Below, piece after piece: positions 14,333 to 56,000 of a stretch of 64,000 nucleotides of DNA. Location: positions 9,486,001 to 9,550,000 of the forward strand of contig OY986946.1 in assembly GCA_963920595.1 (NCBI GenBank). Direction: 5' to 3'. A program made the translations under genes and the position numbers. Below the pieces are notes generated by a model that saw only the letters and a program-made list of their open reading frames with translations, searched no databases and had not been told where the DNA came from. Origin of the DNA: Eimeria praecox (taxonomy: Eukaryota). Numbering within the stretch: position 1 is the first letter of the stretch; every line of letters starts with the position of its first letter.

Positions 14333-14491
14333 AGGCGCAGCAGCCTCTCATGCATCTGCCGCAGCAGCTCGCTCTGCTCGAACAGCAGCACATCTTCTTG
14401 CTTCCACTGCAGCAGCACGCGTATATCTGAGCCCGTCAGCAGCAGGCTGCTGCTGCTCTTGAGGCGCAGCAAATTAAACTCGAGCCTCTTC

Positions 14492-14524
<33 letters not shown>

Positions 14525-14601
14525 TCTACACATGCTGCTGCAGCAGAGGTGCTAGCACCTAGAGACGAACGGCGACGGCCTCGAAAACCTGCAGCACGTG
14601 C

Positions 14602-14633
<32 letters not shown>

Positions 14634-14707
14634 TTGCTGCTGTTGCTGCTGCTGCATCACTCGCCAGATCAGCAGATGCAGCTGTACTCTCCTGTGATGA
14701 TGCTGCC

Positions 14708-14742
<35 letters not shown>

Positions 14743-14882
14743 TGCTGCTGTTCCGTTGCAGCACTCATGGGCAGCCCCATTCGCCAAGCAATTGCTGCTG
14801 CTGCTGCTGCAGCTGCTGCTGCAGCAGCTGCTGCTGCTGCAGATCGGGTTGCTGCTGGCTTGTGGAGGGCCAGCAGCCGCTC

Positions 14883-14914
<32 letters not shown>

Positions 14915-15547
14915 GCAAATCCCCGTGCTGCTGCTGCTGCATCACAATCGAAAGAAGCAGCAGCAGCACGAAGACGAACGCCCAAAGGAACGCATGCAAT
15001 ACCTCCTGCTGCGAGGGACATGCTGATATGCAGGCTGCTGTTTGCTGCTGCTGCTGCATGCAGCGGATCTGCTGCTGCTGCTGCTGTCGGGCCTGCTCCT
15101 GTTGCTGCTGCTCCTGCTCCTGCTGCTGCTCCTGCTGCTGCTGCTGCTGCTGATGCTGTTGTTGTTGTTACTTGCAGCGGATCTGGTCCTGCTGCTGCTG
15201 TCGGGGCTGGTGCTGCTGCTGCTGCTGCTGCTGCTGTCTGCGCCTCCCGTGCTGCTCTAGCAGCAATCCGCATGCATGTGTCTGCTAGCTGCAGCTGCTG
15301 CTGTCGTATGCCGCTGCTGATCCCCAGCATGTGGGGCCCCTCAGCCTCTGCTGCATCTGCTGCTGCTGCTCTTGCTGCTGCTGCTGCTCTTGCTGCTGCT
15401 GCTGCTCGTCGAGGGGACGTGCGTACACCCCGAGGAGACAGCCGGAGATCTGCTGAGCTGCTGCTAAACCTGTGCTGCAGCGGACTTACTTCAGCAGCAG
15501 CAGCAGCAGCAGCCGCTGCTGCTGCTGCTCGTTCAGGCAGCTCAGGA

Positions 15548-15584
<37 letters not shown>

Positions 15585-15633
15585 TTGCTGCAGGGGGAGC
15601 AGCAGCTGCTGCGAACGCCCCGAGTTGCTGCAT
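584..15633 (-). CDS. Very large low-complexity (poly-Q/A/S) hypothetical protein, about 3,700 aa or more if one gene, with F-box-like motif and C-terminal tandem SUMO-like domains; both ends uncertain
   Basis: Phase-consistent GT-AG chain on the minus strand: 15633-13261, 12977-12883, 12592-6703, 6284-6114, 5727-5628, 5278-4205, 4081-3007, 2595-2508, 1789-1669, 1276-1213, 997-931, 661-584. A possible further exon starts at 37 and runs off the window. It joins ORFs 13111..15633, 6235..12579, 4122..5201 and 2985..4106. Upstream exons near 15.6-16.5 kb were not resolved, and it could be more than one gene. Confidence 0.6.
1130..3000. repeat. Internal telomere-like heptamer arrays (TTTAGGG/AAACCCT and variants) in alternating orientation
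   Basis: Directly visible; they fill introns around the small minus-strand exons. Confidence 0.95.
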
Positions 15634-15692
15634 TGGCTGATGAGGCGAAGCATTGCCTAGCTAGCATTGCCTGTAGCTGCTGCTGCAGCTGC

Positions 15693-15745
<53 letters not shown>

Positions 15746-15876
15746 AGAGACTGCTGCTGCTGCTAGAAACTCGTCTGCTGCAGCTGCCACGAGGCCTTCG
15801 TAAACAGATTGGATATCATGATGTGCTGCTGCTGCTGCTGCAACACACGCAGGGATGTACTACAACACGTCTTACG

Positions 15877-15917
<41 letters not shown>

Positions 15918-16283
15918 GGGCTGGTAGCTGCTGCTGCTGCTCGGTGAATAAGGCTACAGCTTCAACAGCAGCAGTAAGCAGAATATGTTGTAGTTTAAAA
16001 GAGAGAAGAATAGCGTCAAAAGAGTGCGTTTATTGTGAGGAGGCGCAGCAGCAGCAGCTGCAGCAGCTGCTGCTGCTGCTGCTGGGGCTGTCTGCAGCAG
16101 CAGCAGCTGCTGCTGCTGCTGCTGCTTCCGCTGCGGCTCCACAGACCTGCTGCTGCATGCAACACGACTTCTGTACGAAATCATAAAAATATTGTTGTGT
16201 TTGAACAAGCAGCAATAAAATAAAGAGAGATATTAATAGCTGCTTCATAAACAGGCCTTGCTGCGGCCGGATCTAAGCTGTAA

Positions 16284-16321
<38 letters not shown>

Positions 16322-16450
16322 GCAGCAGCAGCAGCAGCAGCAGCACCAGCAGCAGCAGCAGCAGTAGCCCTATCAACCCCAGATAAACATTTGGTTATAT
16401 CTTGGCTTATACAACACTGCACTAGCAGAAGGAAGACAACCCCACAGCTG

Positions 16451-16492
<42 letters not shown>

Positions 16493-16578
16493 AGCAGCAG
16501 CCGCAGACGACTGTACCTTATTGAGGTCGCCATAGATATTCTTGTGAGGATATAATACGATAGCAACAGAAACAGCAA

Positions 16579-16630
<52 letters not shown>

Positions 16631-16703
16631 CCCACTGTGTCTTCTTTCGCTGTTTTCTGCATGCGCAGATCTCGCTATCCAATCTCGTTCTGCAGCAGCA
16701 ACA

Positions 16704-16775
<72 letters not shown>

Positions 16776-16788
16776 GCAGCAAACGAAG

Positions 16789-47080
<30,292 letters not shown>

Positions 47081-47109
47081 GCTATCTTCTACCTGTCAAT
47101 ACACCTGAC

Positions 47110-47141
47110 GCATGCATGCATGCATGCATGCATGCATGCAT
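47110..47141. promoter_or_regulatory. Tandem (TGCA)n / TGCATGCA palindromic motif just downstream of the CPSII stop
   Basis: gcatgcatgcatgcatgcatgcatgcatgcatg. TGCATGCA is a known enriched apicomplexan non-coding motif bound by some ApiAP2 domains; its function here is unproven. Also near 51175, 51510, 53250, 57210. Confidence 0.5.
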
Positions 47142-47676
47142 GGGTGTGGCTGTGTAGGGTTGTACCTACTAGATAATATAATATGTATATATTTAGTTTT
47201 GTCTCTTTGACGGGGCTGATAACCTCGCATAAATACAAGAGGAACGGGTTGTTTGTGCTGCTGTATATACACCGCATTGTGTCAGGGTTGCATATACAGC
47301 TGAAAGACATATGGGGCTCTCAGGTGTATAACAGAAAAGCCCTTAGACTACATTTGTGGGAATAGAGAGACTGACACTGGCGGCCATGCGACCTTCTAGG
47401 GTTTATATTTATTTATTTTATTTATTTTATTTATTTTATTTATTTTATTTTATTTACCTACCTTATTTACCTATTTTATCAATCTATTTATTTTATTTAA
47501 TTTATTTTATTTATTAATTTATTTAATTTATTTAATTTAATTTATTTAATTTATTTTATTTTCTATTTTTATCTATGCAACATTATTTATCAATACTAAT
47601 AATTTGAATTCTCAGAATTTCATGTTTTTATTTTTATATTTTTGCATGCGTCTTCTTCTTTTCTCCTTGTGAGTTA

Positions 47677-47763
<87 letters not shown>

Positions 47764-47904
47764 TACAATCACTTATTTATAAAACAGCAAGAGAAACAGC
47801 AGAGTATTAAACACCAAAAAGAGACAGCAGCAACCCCTCTAGCATACAGGGGATCGCTTTCTAACCAACATACGTGTGGGGATCCCCGCACACTGTCTGG
47901 GATC

Positions 47905-47949
47905 GTCTGGGATCGTGTGCGATCCGAAGGATCCCACACGATCCCAGAC
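47905..47949. other. 21-bp-stem inverted repeat with GAA loop between the convergent CPSII and WD40 genes
   Basis: GTCTGGGATCGTGTGCGATCC-GAA-GGATCCCACACGATCCCAGAC, 20 of 21 pairs. Confidence 0.9.
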
Positions 47950-48052
47950 AACCCCACACTGCGGTGTACACGCAGCTCTACTGATTAATCACTTACGTGT
48001 TTGTAAAGAGACAAGATTTCCCCTCTAGGGTTTAGGGTTTAGGGTTTAGGGT

Positions 48053-48342
48053 TTAGGGTTTATAAGAGACGTTATGAGCTACAGATTGATATGTGTCTGT
48101 ATATACATTCCATAGATATATAATGCCTTGCTTATCAGCAGAAGCAAGACGCCCTGTGCTGCAGCACCAAGCAGCAGCAGCAACAGCAGAACTGTGGGCT
48201 CGTAGACACCCCAGGGGCCGTAGCTTCTTCCCTTCAAACAATTCTAAAGCCCCATACGACATACCGCATGCACCTATTAAACCATCAGCTCGCACACCTA
48301 ACGATGTTATATGTGGCTTCTCCCCATCCAGCCAACGCACCA

Positions 48343-48377
<35 letters not shown>

Positions 48378-48900
48378 TCTCCAAAGGTATACACCTGAGC
48401 TAGAGGCACCAGATAAGCATTCCCGCTGCTGCTGCTGCTGCTTTTGCTGCTGCTGTTTTTGTTGTTGTTGTTGCTGTTGCTGTTGCGATTTTCTTCCTCT
48501 CCTATGGGCTTGCACGTTGTCTCTGTTTCTGTTGTTGCTGCTGCTGCCGCTGCTGCTGCTGCTGCTGTATCTGCTGTCGTCGTTGTTGTTGTTGCTGTTG
48601 CTGCTGCTGCTTCTGTATTTGTTTTGTTTTGTTTGCTGCGAGCAAGGCGTTGAAGCGTTAGAGGTCCTTCAATACAAGCAACCCAAATGCGGCTACCTGC
48701 AACAGCAATATTTGTTGGGGGCGAATCTGTCTGCTGCAGCAGCAGCAGAGACAGAGGGGTGTTAGTGTTTCGTAGATCCCAAACACCTACGATAGGTAGC
48801 TCATACGCTGTCAGCAGCAGCGGAAGAGAAGAGACAAACCCCACACACTGTAGCGTACCACAGCTCGACAAATCCGATGGCAGACTCACCTGCTGCTGCT

Positions 48901-48946
<46 letters not shown>

Positions 48947-49124
48947 CAGCTGCTGCTGCAGGGAGGTGAAGAGATACTCGCTCGTGCTGTCTCTCTTCAA
49001 TCTAAATTCTAAAGCAGGAGACAGCACACCCGACATGCGCTTACAACGCCCTAATGCCCTCAAATCAAACAAACCCGCACTCTCTAACTCCTCTACAGGA
49101 GCCGCTACACAATCCCAACCCAAA

Positions 49125-49155
<31 letters not shown>

Positions 49156-49288
49156 TGTTGCTGCTGCTGCTGCGTTGTGGGGCCGCACACTTGCAGAAGG
49201 AGTAGGCCCCTGTCTTAAACGAGCTCGTATAGCGTTCTGCTTGAAGGTCAAAGACGGAGATGAGGGAGTCCCTCAGCTGCAGCAGCAC

Positions 49289-49327
<39 letters not shown>

Positions 49328-49630
49328 AGCAAGTGGCTCAATGTGCAACAAAGGGCTGAAGCGGCTGCGGCCGCTGCTGCTGCTGCTGCTGCTGCTGGCG
49401 GTAGGTGTAGCAGCACCGAAGAGGGTGGTCTGTATAGAGGCAGCAGGCAGACAAGATTGAAGAGAAGGAGACAGAAGAGAGACAGGTCTGCGGGTGTTCA
49501 AGTTGTACAGCAATACATAGCCGCCTTCGTCTCCTACAAGGAGACTGTCTCCTTCTCCCACAAACAGCAGACTACGAGCCCCCAACCCCAATGGATTGGT
49601 CAGCCGCTGTGTAGGACTTGGGGGGAGCAT
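48053..49630 (-). CDS. GNB1L: WD40-repeat protein, GNB1L/Asa1-like, apparently intronless
   Basis: The ATG at 49630 (MLPPSPTQRL) lies within ORF 48053..49813. LLVGDEGGYVLLYNLNTRR, LLQLRDSLISVFDL, YSFCK and the C-terminal KPHITSLGVRADG...LRPLGCLRAHSSAV...GRLASADKQGIIYLWNVY match the GNB1L/Asa1 layout as recalled. WD40 is secure; the orthology call is less so. Confidence 0.8.
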
Positions 49631-49633
49631 TGC

Positions 49634-49674
<41 letters not shown>

Positions 49675-49797
49675 TTGCCGTTGCTGCTGCTGCTGTTGCT
49701 GTTGCTGTGGCTGTTGCTGTTGCTGCTGTTGTTGCTGCTGTTGTTGCTGTTGCTGCCTTTCTTGGCGTTTCGTGTGTCTGTGTTTGCACTGATAACT

Positions 49798-49830
<33 letters not shown>

Positions 49831-49869
49831 GCTGCTGCTGCTGCTGCTGCAGTCTATAGTGTGTCTCTG

Positions 49870-49988
49870 TTATATTTCAAACTCCTCCATATCAGATGTA
49901 ATTTCGTCTTCTATCATAGCAGCAAACAGACTGGGGTTGGGGGGGGGCAACGGCAGCAGCGGCCTCTTGTGCAGCTCACTATCCCCTC

Positions 49989-50026
<38 letters not shown>

Positions 50027-50709
50027 CCTGTTGCTGCTGCTGCTGCTGCTCCTGTTGCTGCTGCTGCTGTTGCTGTTGTTGCTTCGGGTTCAGCTAAGAA
50101 AGGACGGCTCCAGGCTTCAATTATTTTGGTAGGGAGGTCTTGTATATGCTGGAGAGCTACACAGTGCTGGTCTTTGGCTAGCTGGCTAGCTAGCTGTTGT
50201 TGATGGTTGTTAAGAAGATCAACATTAATACAAGCTACAACCCTTCGATGTGCTCTCAAAGCCTCTAATAATGTAGCAGCCCCAGCATGCGAAATAACTA
50301 AATCAAATGTAGGAAGAAGTTGTGATAATGAGGGTATAAGACGCACTATCCGTATACAAGTAAACCCCTCGAGGTGTACGTACACCCCAGAGGGATTCAA
50401 ATCTAAAGATTCGGAAGATATACCAAATGGAATCCTTCTTCCACGTCCTACTTGAATAGTTAAATATATCGACCTGCCTATACACCTCAACGTATTTAAG
50501 AAAGTAGAAGATTCGGCAGCTAATACTAAATCATCAAATGAAGTTGTTCCAACAGTTATTAAAACCTTGAGATTCTCCTTTTGATGGAGAGAAGAATATC
50601 TTTCTTCTTTTGTATTCGTCTTCTCGTTGCTGTAGATGTTCTCTTCTAAACCCTTATGAGTAGGGTTCTTATGAATAGAAGCAGCGGTTGAGCCGCATAC
50701 AGGATCCAT
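49870..50709 (-). CDS. ALG13: UDP-GlcNAc transferase catalytic subunit ALG13 (glycosyltransferase 28 C-terminal domain)
   Basis: VLITVGTTSFDDLV, LTIQVGRG, LVISHAGAATLLEAL, INVDLLNNHQQQLA, followed by the C-terminal PPPNPSLFAAMIEDEI. First ATG at 50709; intronless. Confidence 0.92.
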
Positions 50710-51026
50710 ATACTCTTTTATGAATTGTTTATACAATGAAATCAAAGAAAAACCAAAACAAATACAAAATAAACCTACTCGAAGATATCATACACCAACA
50801 GCAACATACTCGAGCTGCTGTAGTTGTTGTACGATTCCGTTGTAGCGAAAGCTCATTTAAAAAAGAAGATCAACAATAATCAAACTGTTTTTGAAATTAA
50901 AAATAATTAAAACTTGTTTTCAAAAAAATAAAAAAACAGGATTCGTTAAATATAAATACCATACAATCAACCCTGGAATCACACGGCGGCCGCAGTCAAC
51001 TACTCCTCAAGGTATTGCAAGTAACG

Positions 51027-51077
<51 letters not shown>

Positions 51078-51915
51078 CGTGAAACTACATTCTCTTTTAT
51101 TCAATTTAAATGTATAACAAGAAAGAACTTGAAAGAATTAACAAAAATTGAGGGTTATATGCCTCAATCCCCGTGCATGCATCGACAGATAGCACGACAA
51201 CGGGGCTGGGCTGCGGGTGCAGCGAACCACGAGCTCAGCAACGTCTTTGAACGAGTTCTGTAAAATACAAAACGTAAGGAAATCAAAGTCATTAAAACTT
51301 GTTTCCCGTTGATGCATAGAAGTGTTTGCTTACGACAGATACTGCTCCCCTGCTCAGGGTCTTGTATACATACACCCGAAGCAATAATGTTGCTGCTATT
51401 GTGTGGAGTGACTCTGCTGGTGTATATTTAGCTTGAAAGTGTCCAGAATATCTGGGTGGCCATACAATGGCTGCCCGAGGAAAGTTGGTTAGGCTTTATA
51501 GCTAGCAGCATGCATGCGCATGCAGCTGCTTGCTAAGGAGTGGAGTCGTGCTTCTGTCTTGAATTGCGGGGGTAACTAGTAGTCAACCTCGCAGCAGCTC
51601 CTTCCCTTCTCTGCCTTGATCGGTGTATTTTGACCTTCTGGTGACAAGCAAGAGGTAGTTAAAGAACCGCGAGCATTCAATCTGTGCCCTCGTAGACTTC
51701 ACTTCATTTCCCTCGACGAAGCTCAAAAGCCCAAACGGTGCTCCCTTTCCGTGGCACGAAAGAAAAACATAAACGCAACGACAGCTTTATATTTCACGGT
51801 GTATGCTTCCCCGTATCTCGCTTTCTTTGAGGGAACGAGGTGTATCGGCAGAAGCTATCGAACAAGGGTGGTGGCATTAACTCAGTTGTGCGTTGAGTTA
51901 CGTTGATTTGAACAA

Positions 51916-52602
51916 ATGGCAGTGCGCTCTCCGTCAGGGTCTGGAGACCCTCGTTACGTGACAAACCCAGCCGGTACCCTCACTGGGGTTGCAGGGAGGG
52001 CTTCTGTCTCTTGCAAAGACTTGTACTCCCGTACAAGAGCTCGTAGCTTAAAGAGGCCCCCAGCCGTTGGCGGCTGCGGGTGGTACGAGTACGGACTGTA
52101 CGACGTGGCTCTAGAGCTAACTGAAGTTCCTTTGCGGCCGTTTGAGTTGGAGTACAGAGATCGCACTATCCTAACACCTGAGGAGCCCCAGCCTGTAGAA
52201 GTCCCCAGCAGCAGACAGCCTGCTGTGCTGGTTAAGTTAAAACATAAACCCCGTGCTTGCGCTCCACCTCACCCCTCCACAGTGCGCCTGCGCTATGAGC
52301 CCGAAGCCGCTCCCCTCGTATTTGCCTCAGGCGGCCAGCAGCAGCAACAGACGAGCGACAAAATAGAAAAACAGCCATCAACGCATATATCCAAAGAGAC
52401 AGAGGCCTCCAGCAGCGCTGCTAAGGCGACTTACAAGACAGAAAAGGGAGGGGAGAAGCATGAGAAGGCCGAGAAAACTGACAAAAAAGAACAGCATGAG
52501 AAAACGGAAAAACAGAACAAAGACAAGCCAGAAAAGAAGGAAAAGGATAAGAAAAAGACCAAAGAAGCGACTCAGGAACCCACCCAAAAGGAGGAGGCCT
52601 AA
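51916..52602 (+). CDS. Hypothetical protein, 228 aa, complex N-terminal half and Lys/Glu-rich C-terminal tail
   Basis: Long non-repetitive ORF with a good start context (acaaATGG) and protein-like composition; no family recognised. Confidence 0.75.
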   Translation: MAVRSPSGSGDPRYVTNPAGTLTGVAGRASVSCKDLYSRTRARSLKRPPAVGGCGWYEYGLYDVALELTEVPLRPFELEYRDRTILTPEEPQPVEVPSSRQPAVLVKLKHKPRACAPPHPSTVRLRYEPEAAPLVFASGGQQQQQTSDKIEKQPSTHISKETEASSSAAKATYKTEKGGEKHEKAEKTDKKEQHEKTEKQNKDKPEKKEKDKKKTKEATQEPTQKEEA

Positions 52603-53046
52603 ACCACACTGAACAGTCAGCAGGCTGCTCTTGCTTTGTTGGTCACGTGTGCCTTTTCGCTGAGCGTCTGCTATGTATCATCTATCGAACAATCTCTTCC
52701 TCTCACGCCACTCCCACAGGGCCATCAGGCTTCTGCTTCAGCTTTTTTCTGGCGGTGCGCTTTGATTAGCACGCCACTGCTAAGTCACAAAGTACAGCTT
52801 TCAGTGCTTTCTGTCCCGCAGAGACCTCCATCTGCCTCTCCCTTTTCCTTTTGTGCACTGGAACAAACAAATTTACCGAAGGAGATGAGCCTACTGTGAA
52901 TGCTTGTTCCGTCCTTACCCATGGAACGCTGATGCTACGGCGTCATGCTTCTGGACAATCCGTATACGCCGCAACCCTTTCTGCTCCTGCTAACCACTAA
53001 ATATACATACTAACCGCTTTCAGAACATATATCACACATATATTCA

Positions 53047-53099
<53 letters not shown>

Positions 53100-56000
53100 C
53101 TTAGTAGTAGGCATTGCCAGGGGTAAGTAGGATTTAAGCAGCTGCACGGCAATCCAAGGGCGGATTTCCCTATGCTTCAATTTCCTTCATCGACCCCCAG
53201 CTTAAATTTTGAAACTGCTGCCGTCGCCCGCGATGACAAAAACTGTCTCTGCATGCATCTCCCTCTACCTCATAAACGCAATCGTTTCTCTTGGGACGCT
53301 CCCTCCACATAAGCTGGGGGACTGAGTGAATGCGTGTTTAGCGTAACCTTGGGGGGTTGAGGTATCTGGTATTAGAAGCATGAGGTATGGAAGTGTGACA
53401 GCCCTAGCGTAAAGAGAAACGCAGGTTTGCATAGGCCCGCTAATTAAATGGTGCATGAGGCGTTGCAACTGGAAGGATGCATGCCTGAACCGTCAGTGGC
53501 GGCTAGACGAGCCCCCAAAACTCAAGGCCTTTATAGGCTGCTTCCGTGTTTTGTGAGGAGGGAACAACTTATATGCAAGGAGAGCAAAGGTACAATGCGC
53601 AGAGATACAGCCAGTACAACCAGTACCAAATATACAATGAAAAGGGGCGCATGAAGACCCCGCACGAGACAAGGAATAGGGAGGAAGGGGAAATTACGGA
53701 ACTAATGGCACATGAAGAAAGGGACACATGGGTAGACATTGAGGTAGAGGAATGGAGAACAGACAAGCAAAGACACAGTGTGGCATGTGGGGCAGAACAG
53801 GGAGCGAGGCAGTACTGCCGGCAAGACACAAAATGTGCAGAGAAGCAGAGAGAGAGAGAGGCAGACTGGACGTCGAAAAAAGTGGCAAAGACTTCCGCAA
53901 AGGCAAGCAGAAGGCCGACCGACAGCACCGCAATAAGCAGAAAGGTACAGGAAAAAAGAAGTAGCTAAAGAGCAGACTGCACGCATGCAGGCAAGCATGT
54001 ACGGCAACTTATTGTGTGCAACATGATGCTGTCCTTAGGGGAAAGGAATATTTTGCCCTAAAGAAATATACTAGCACATCATGCACCACAGTGTAGGTCA
54101 AAACAGCGACGGTGTTTGCGTTCAGGAACTGGCTGACACAGAGTGAGGGCCATAGACAAAGCCCTGTGGCAATGGCTACAAGGACACAGGCGTGAACCTC
54201 ACACTAGCTGTAGTGGCCGAGTAACAAACGCATAATATTCGGTGCAGCGCAGCGTATGAGTTGCTCCACAATATGTGGCATGGCGTGGCAGAGGATGGTA
54301 GATGCAAGAATATTTGTATCTATTCCAACCCCCTGGAAGCCAAGTGTGCTCTTAAAAGTTTCCTGTAGCGTTATTGCATGTAACGCAGAAGCCCTTCATT
54401 ACAGTTAAACGCGAATTTGCTCTGCAGCAGTAGCCAGGGTAGGAAGTGCCGCGGCACGCGAGAGACGCCTCTTTCCCCCGCCAGCCCCAGGCCTCTGGCT
54501 TTAAGATGCCTGAAGAAAAACATGGGGGTCCATGTGCATCTCCAGAAGCACTTCTACAACTTTTGACTTCATTCTACCCTTGGAGCCTCCTAGAGTGATA
54601 GCAGCGCTTCGGTGCACTTGGCAGCACCGCATAGGTGAGAACGCCAAGAGCGCGCCCCCCAACTCGCTGATGGGCGGACTGACGTGAAGCACTCTTTGGT
54701 GGTGAAGCTGTTCTTCCAATGAAACACTTTTTGCTACTCACACTGGGATTTCATCGAGTAATTTGGCATTTTCCCCTTTTGAATAATGAATATTAATCAG
54801 AACGGAGAGGCAGCCAACAGCTGGGTGCGGCGTCGCGTTGGAGCCAGCGCTCTTTCCGCAGTCCCTCCAAGTTTTCCCCGTAAAACCTATACAACAAAAG
54901 TGCTCCCGCACGTGCTGATCCTTGTAAATACAAAGGGCGCCTCGCTGCAGTGCGAGTGTGGGAATTCCCAATTTCTCTGGAGGTGTACTTCCATTTTACA
55001 GGGAATCCGACAACGTGAGTTACTATTAGCATTTTTAATGTTCTCCCTGTCGGCAGGAAAGCAGGGAGTAGAAGAGTAAAAGCGATATGAACAAGGGGAG
55101 CTATCGCGAGAGGGCTGCATTTACAATTGCCAATTTGGGGTGATAAGAAGCAAGAAGGTTGATTTAACATTTTCTTATCAAGAGTTCGTAGCAGAGCTGT
55201 CCTCTCAACAGAGTGAGAGAGGCAAACAATAAACGGGAGAGCTATGAGGAGGGCGGTGCGGGATGAAAGAGTGGAGACCACAGGAAAAAGGTGGAGTACC
55301 TACTCATTAAGAAGAGGAAACGGCCAATATATACCTCTTTATCTGGGCACAAAGATAAGAGCTTTGAAATTGATTCATATATGTAGCGGACGCTGACAGG
55401 AATTGCGTACAGGCTGCAGATAGCGAGTTCGGCACTAAGAATGTGCTGGGGATGTATCAAGTGCTGGAGATTTTTCATATACAGCAGGCAATACTGTGAA
55501 ACTTGAAATTTCATACGCATAAAAAAGAGCTAGGAAACTGAAGAAAGAAGGCTTCGGGCAGCGGTACCAGGAGGAACATCTCAATTAGGGAAGCGCTGTG
55601 GCCACCACAAAGCTCGCGATGCAGCGCTAGCATCAAACATGTGATAGCCACATTCGAAGATCCTCACTGAATCAGCCATATGTAAGTTTGCATTAAAGGT
55701 TGTGAGCTTCTAGGGCTGCTCGACACAGGCTGCAAAGCGGACCTGATATATGAAGGTACAACCAGGAGGTGCAGCCACTATTTATTCAGTGCGCTATCCG
55801 TCCGACCATTTTTTGCCGATGGAAGGCAACTCACGACGGCTGGGAGAGTTATTGGCATAAAATGGGAGGTAAGTATGGGAAGTAACTGTATGACCTTGAT
55901 TCGGGACTTCTGCATTGGGCTAGCTCACTGCGGCGAAGTTCTTTTGTGCATTGAATGACTCGGTGGAGAGCACGCATCAACCTTCTACAAGGCAATTTGA

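Noticed and set aside
47081..48050. CAD-like fusion (DHOase/ATCase) after CPSII
   Set aside because: Clear stop at 47080 followed by a convergent gene; no such motifs.
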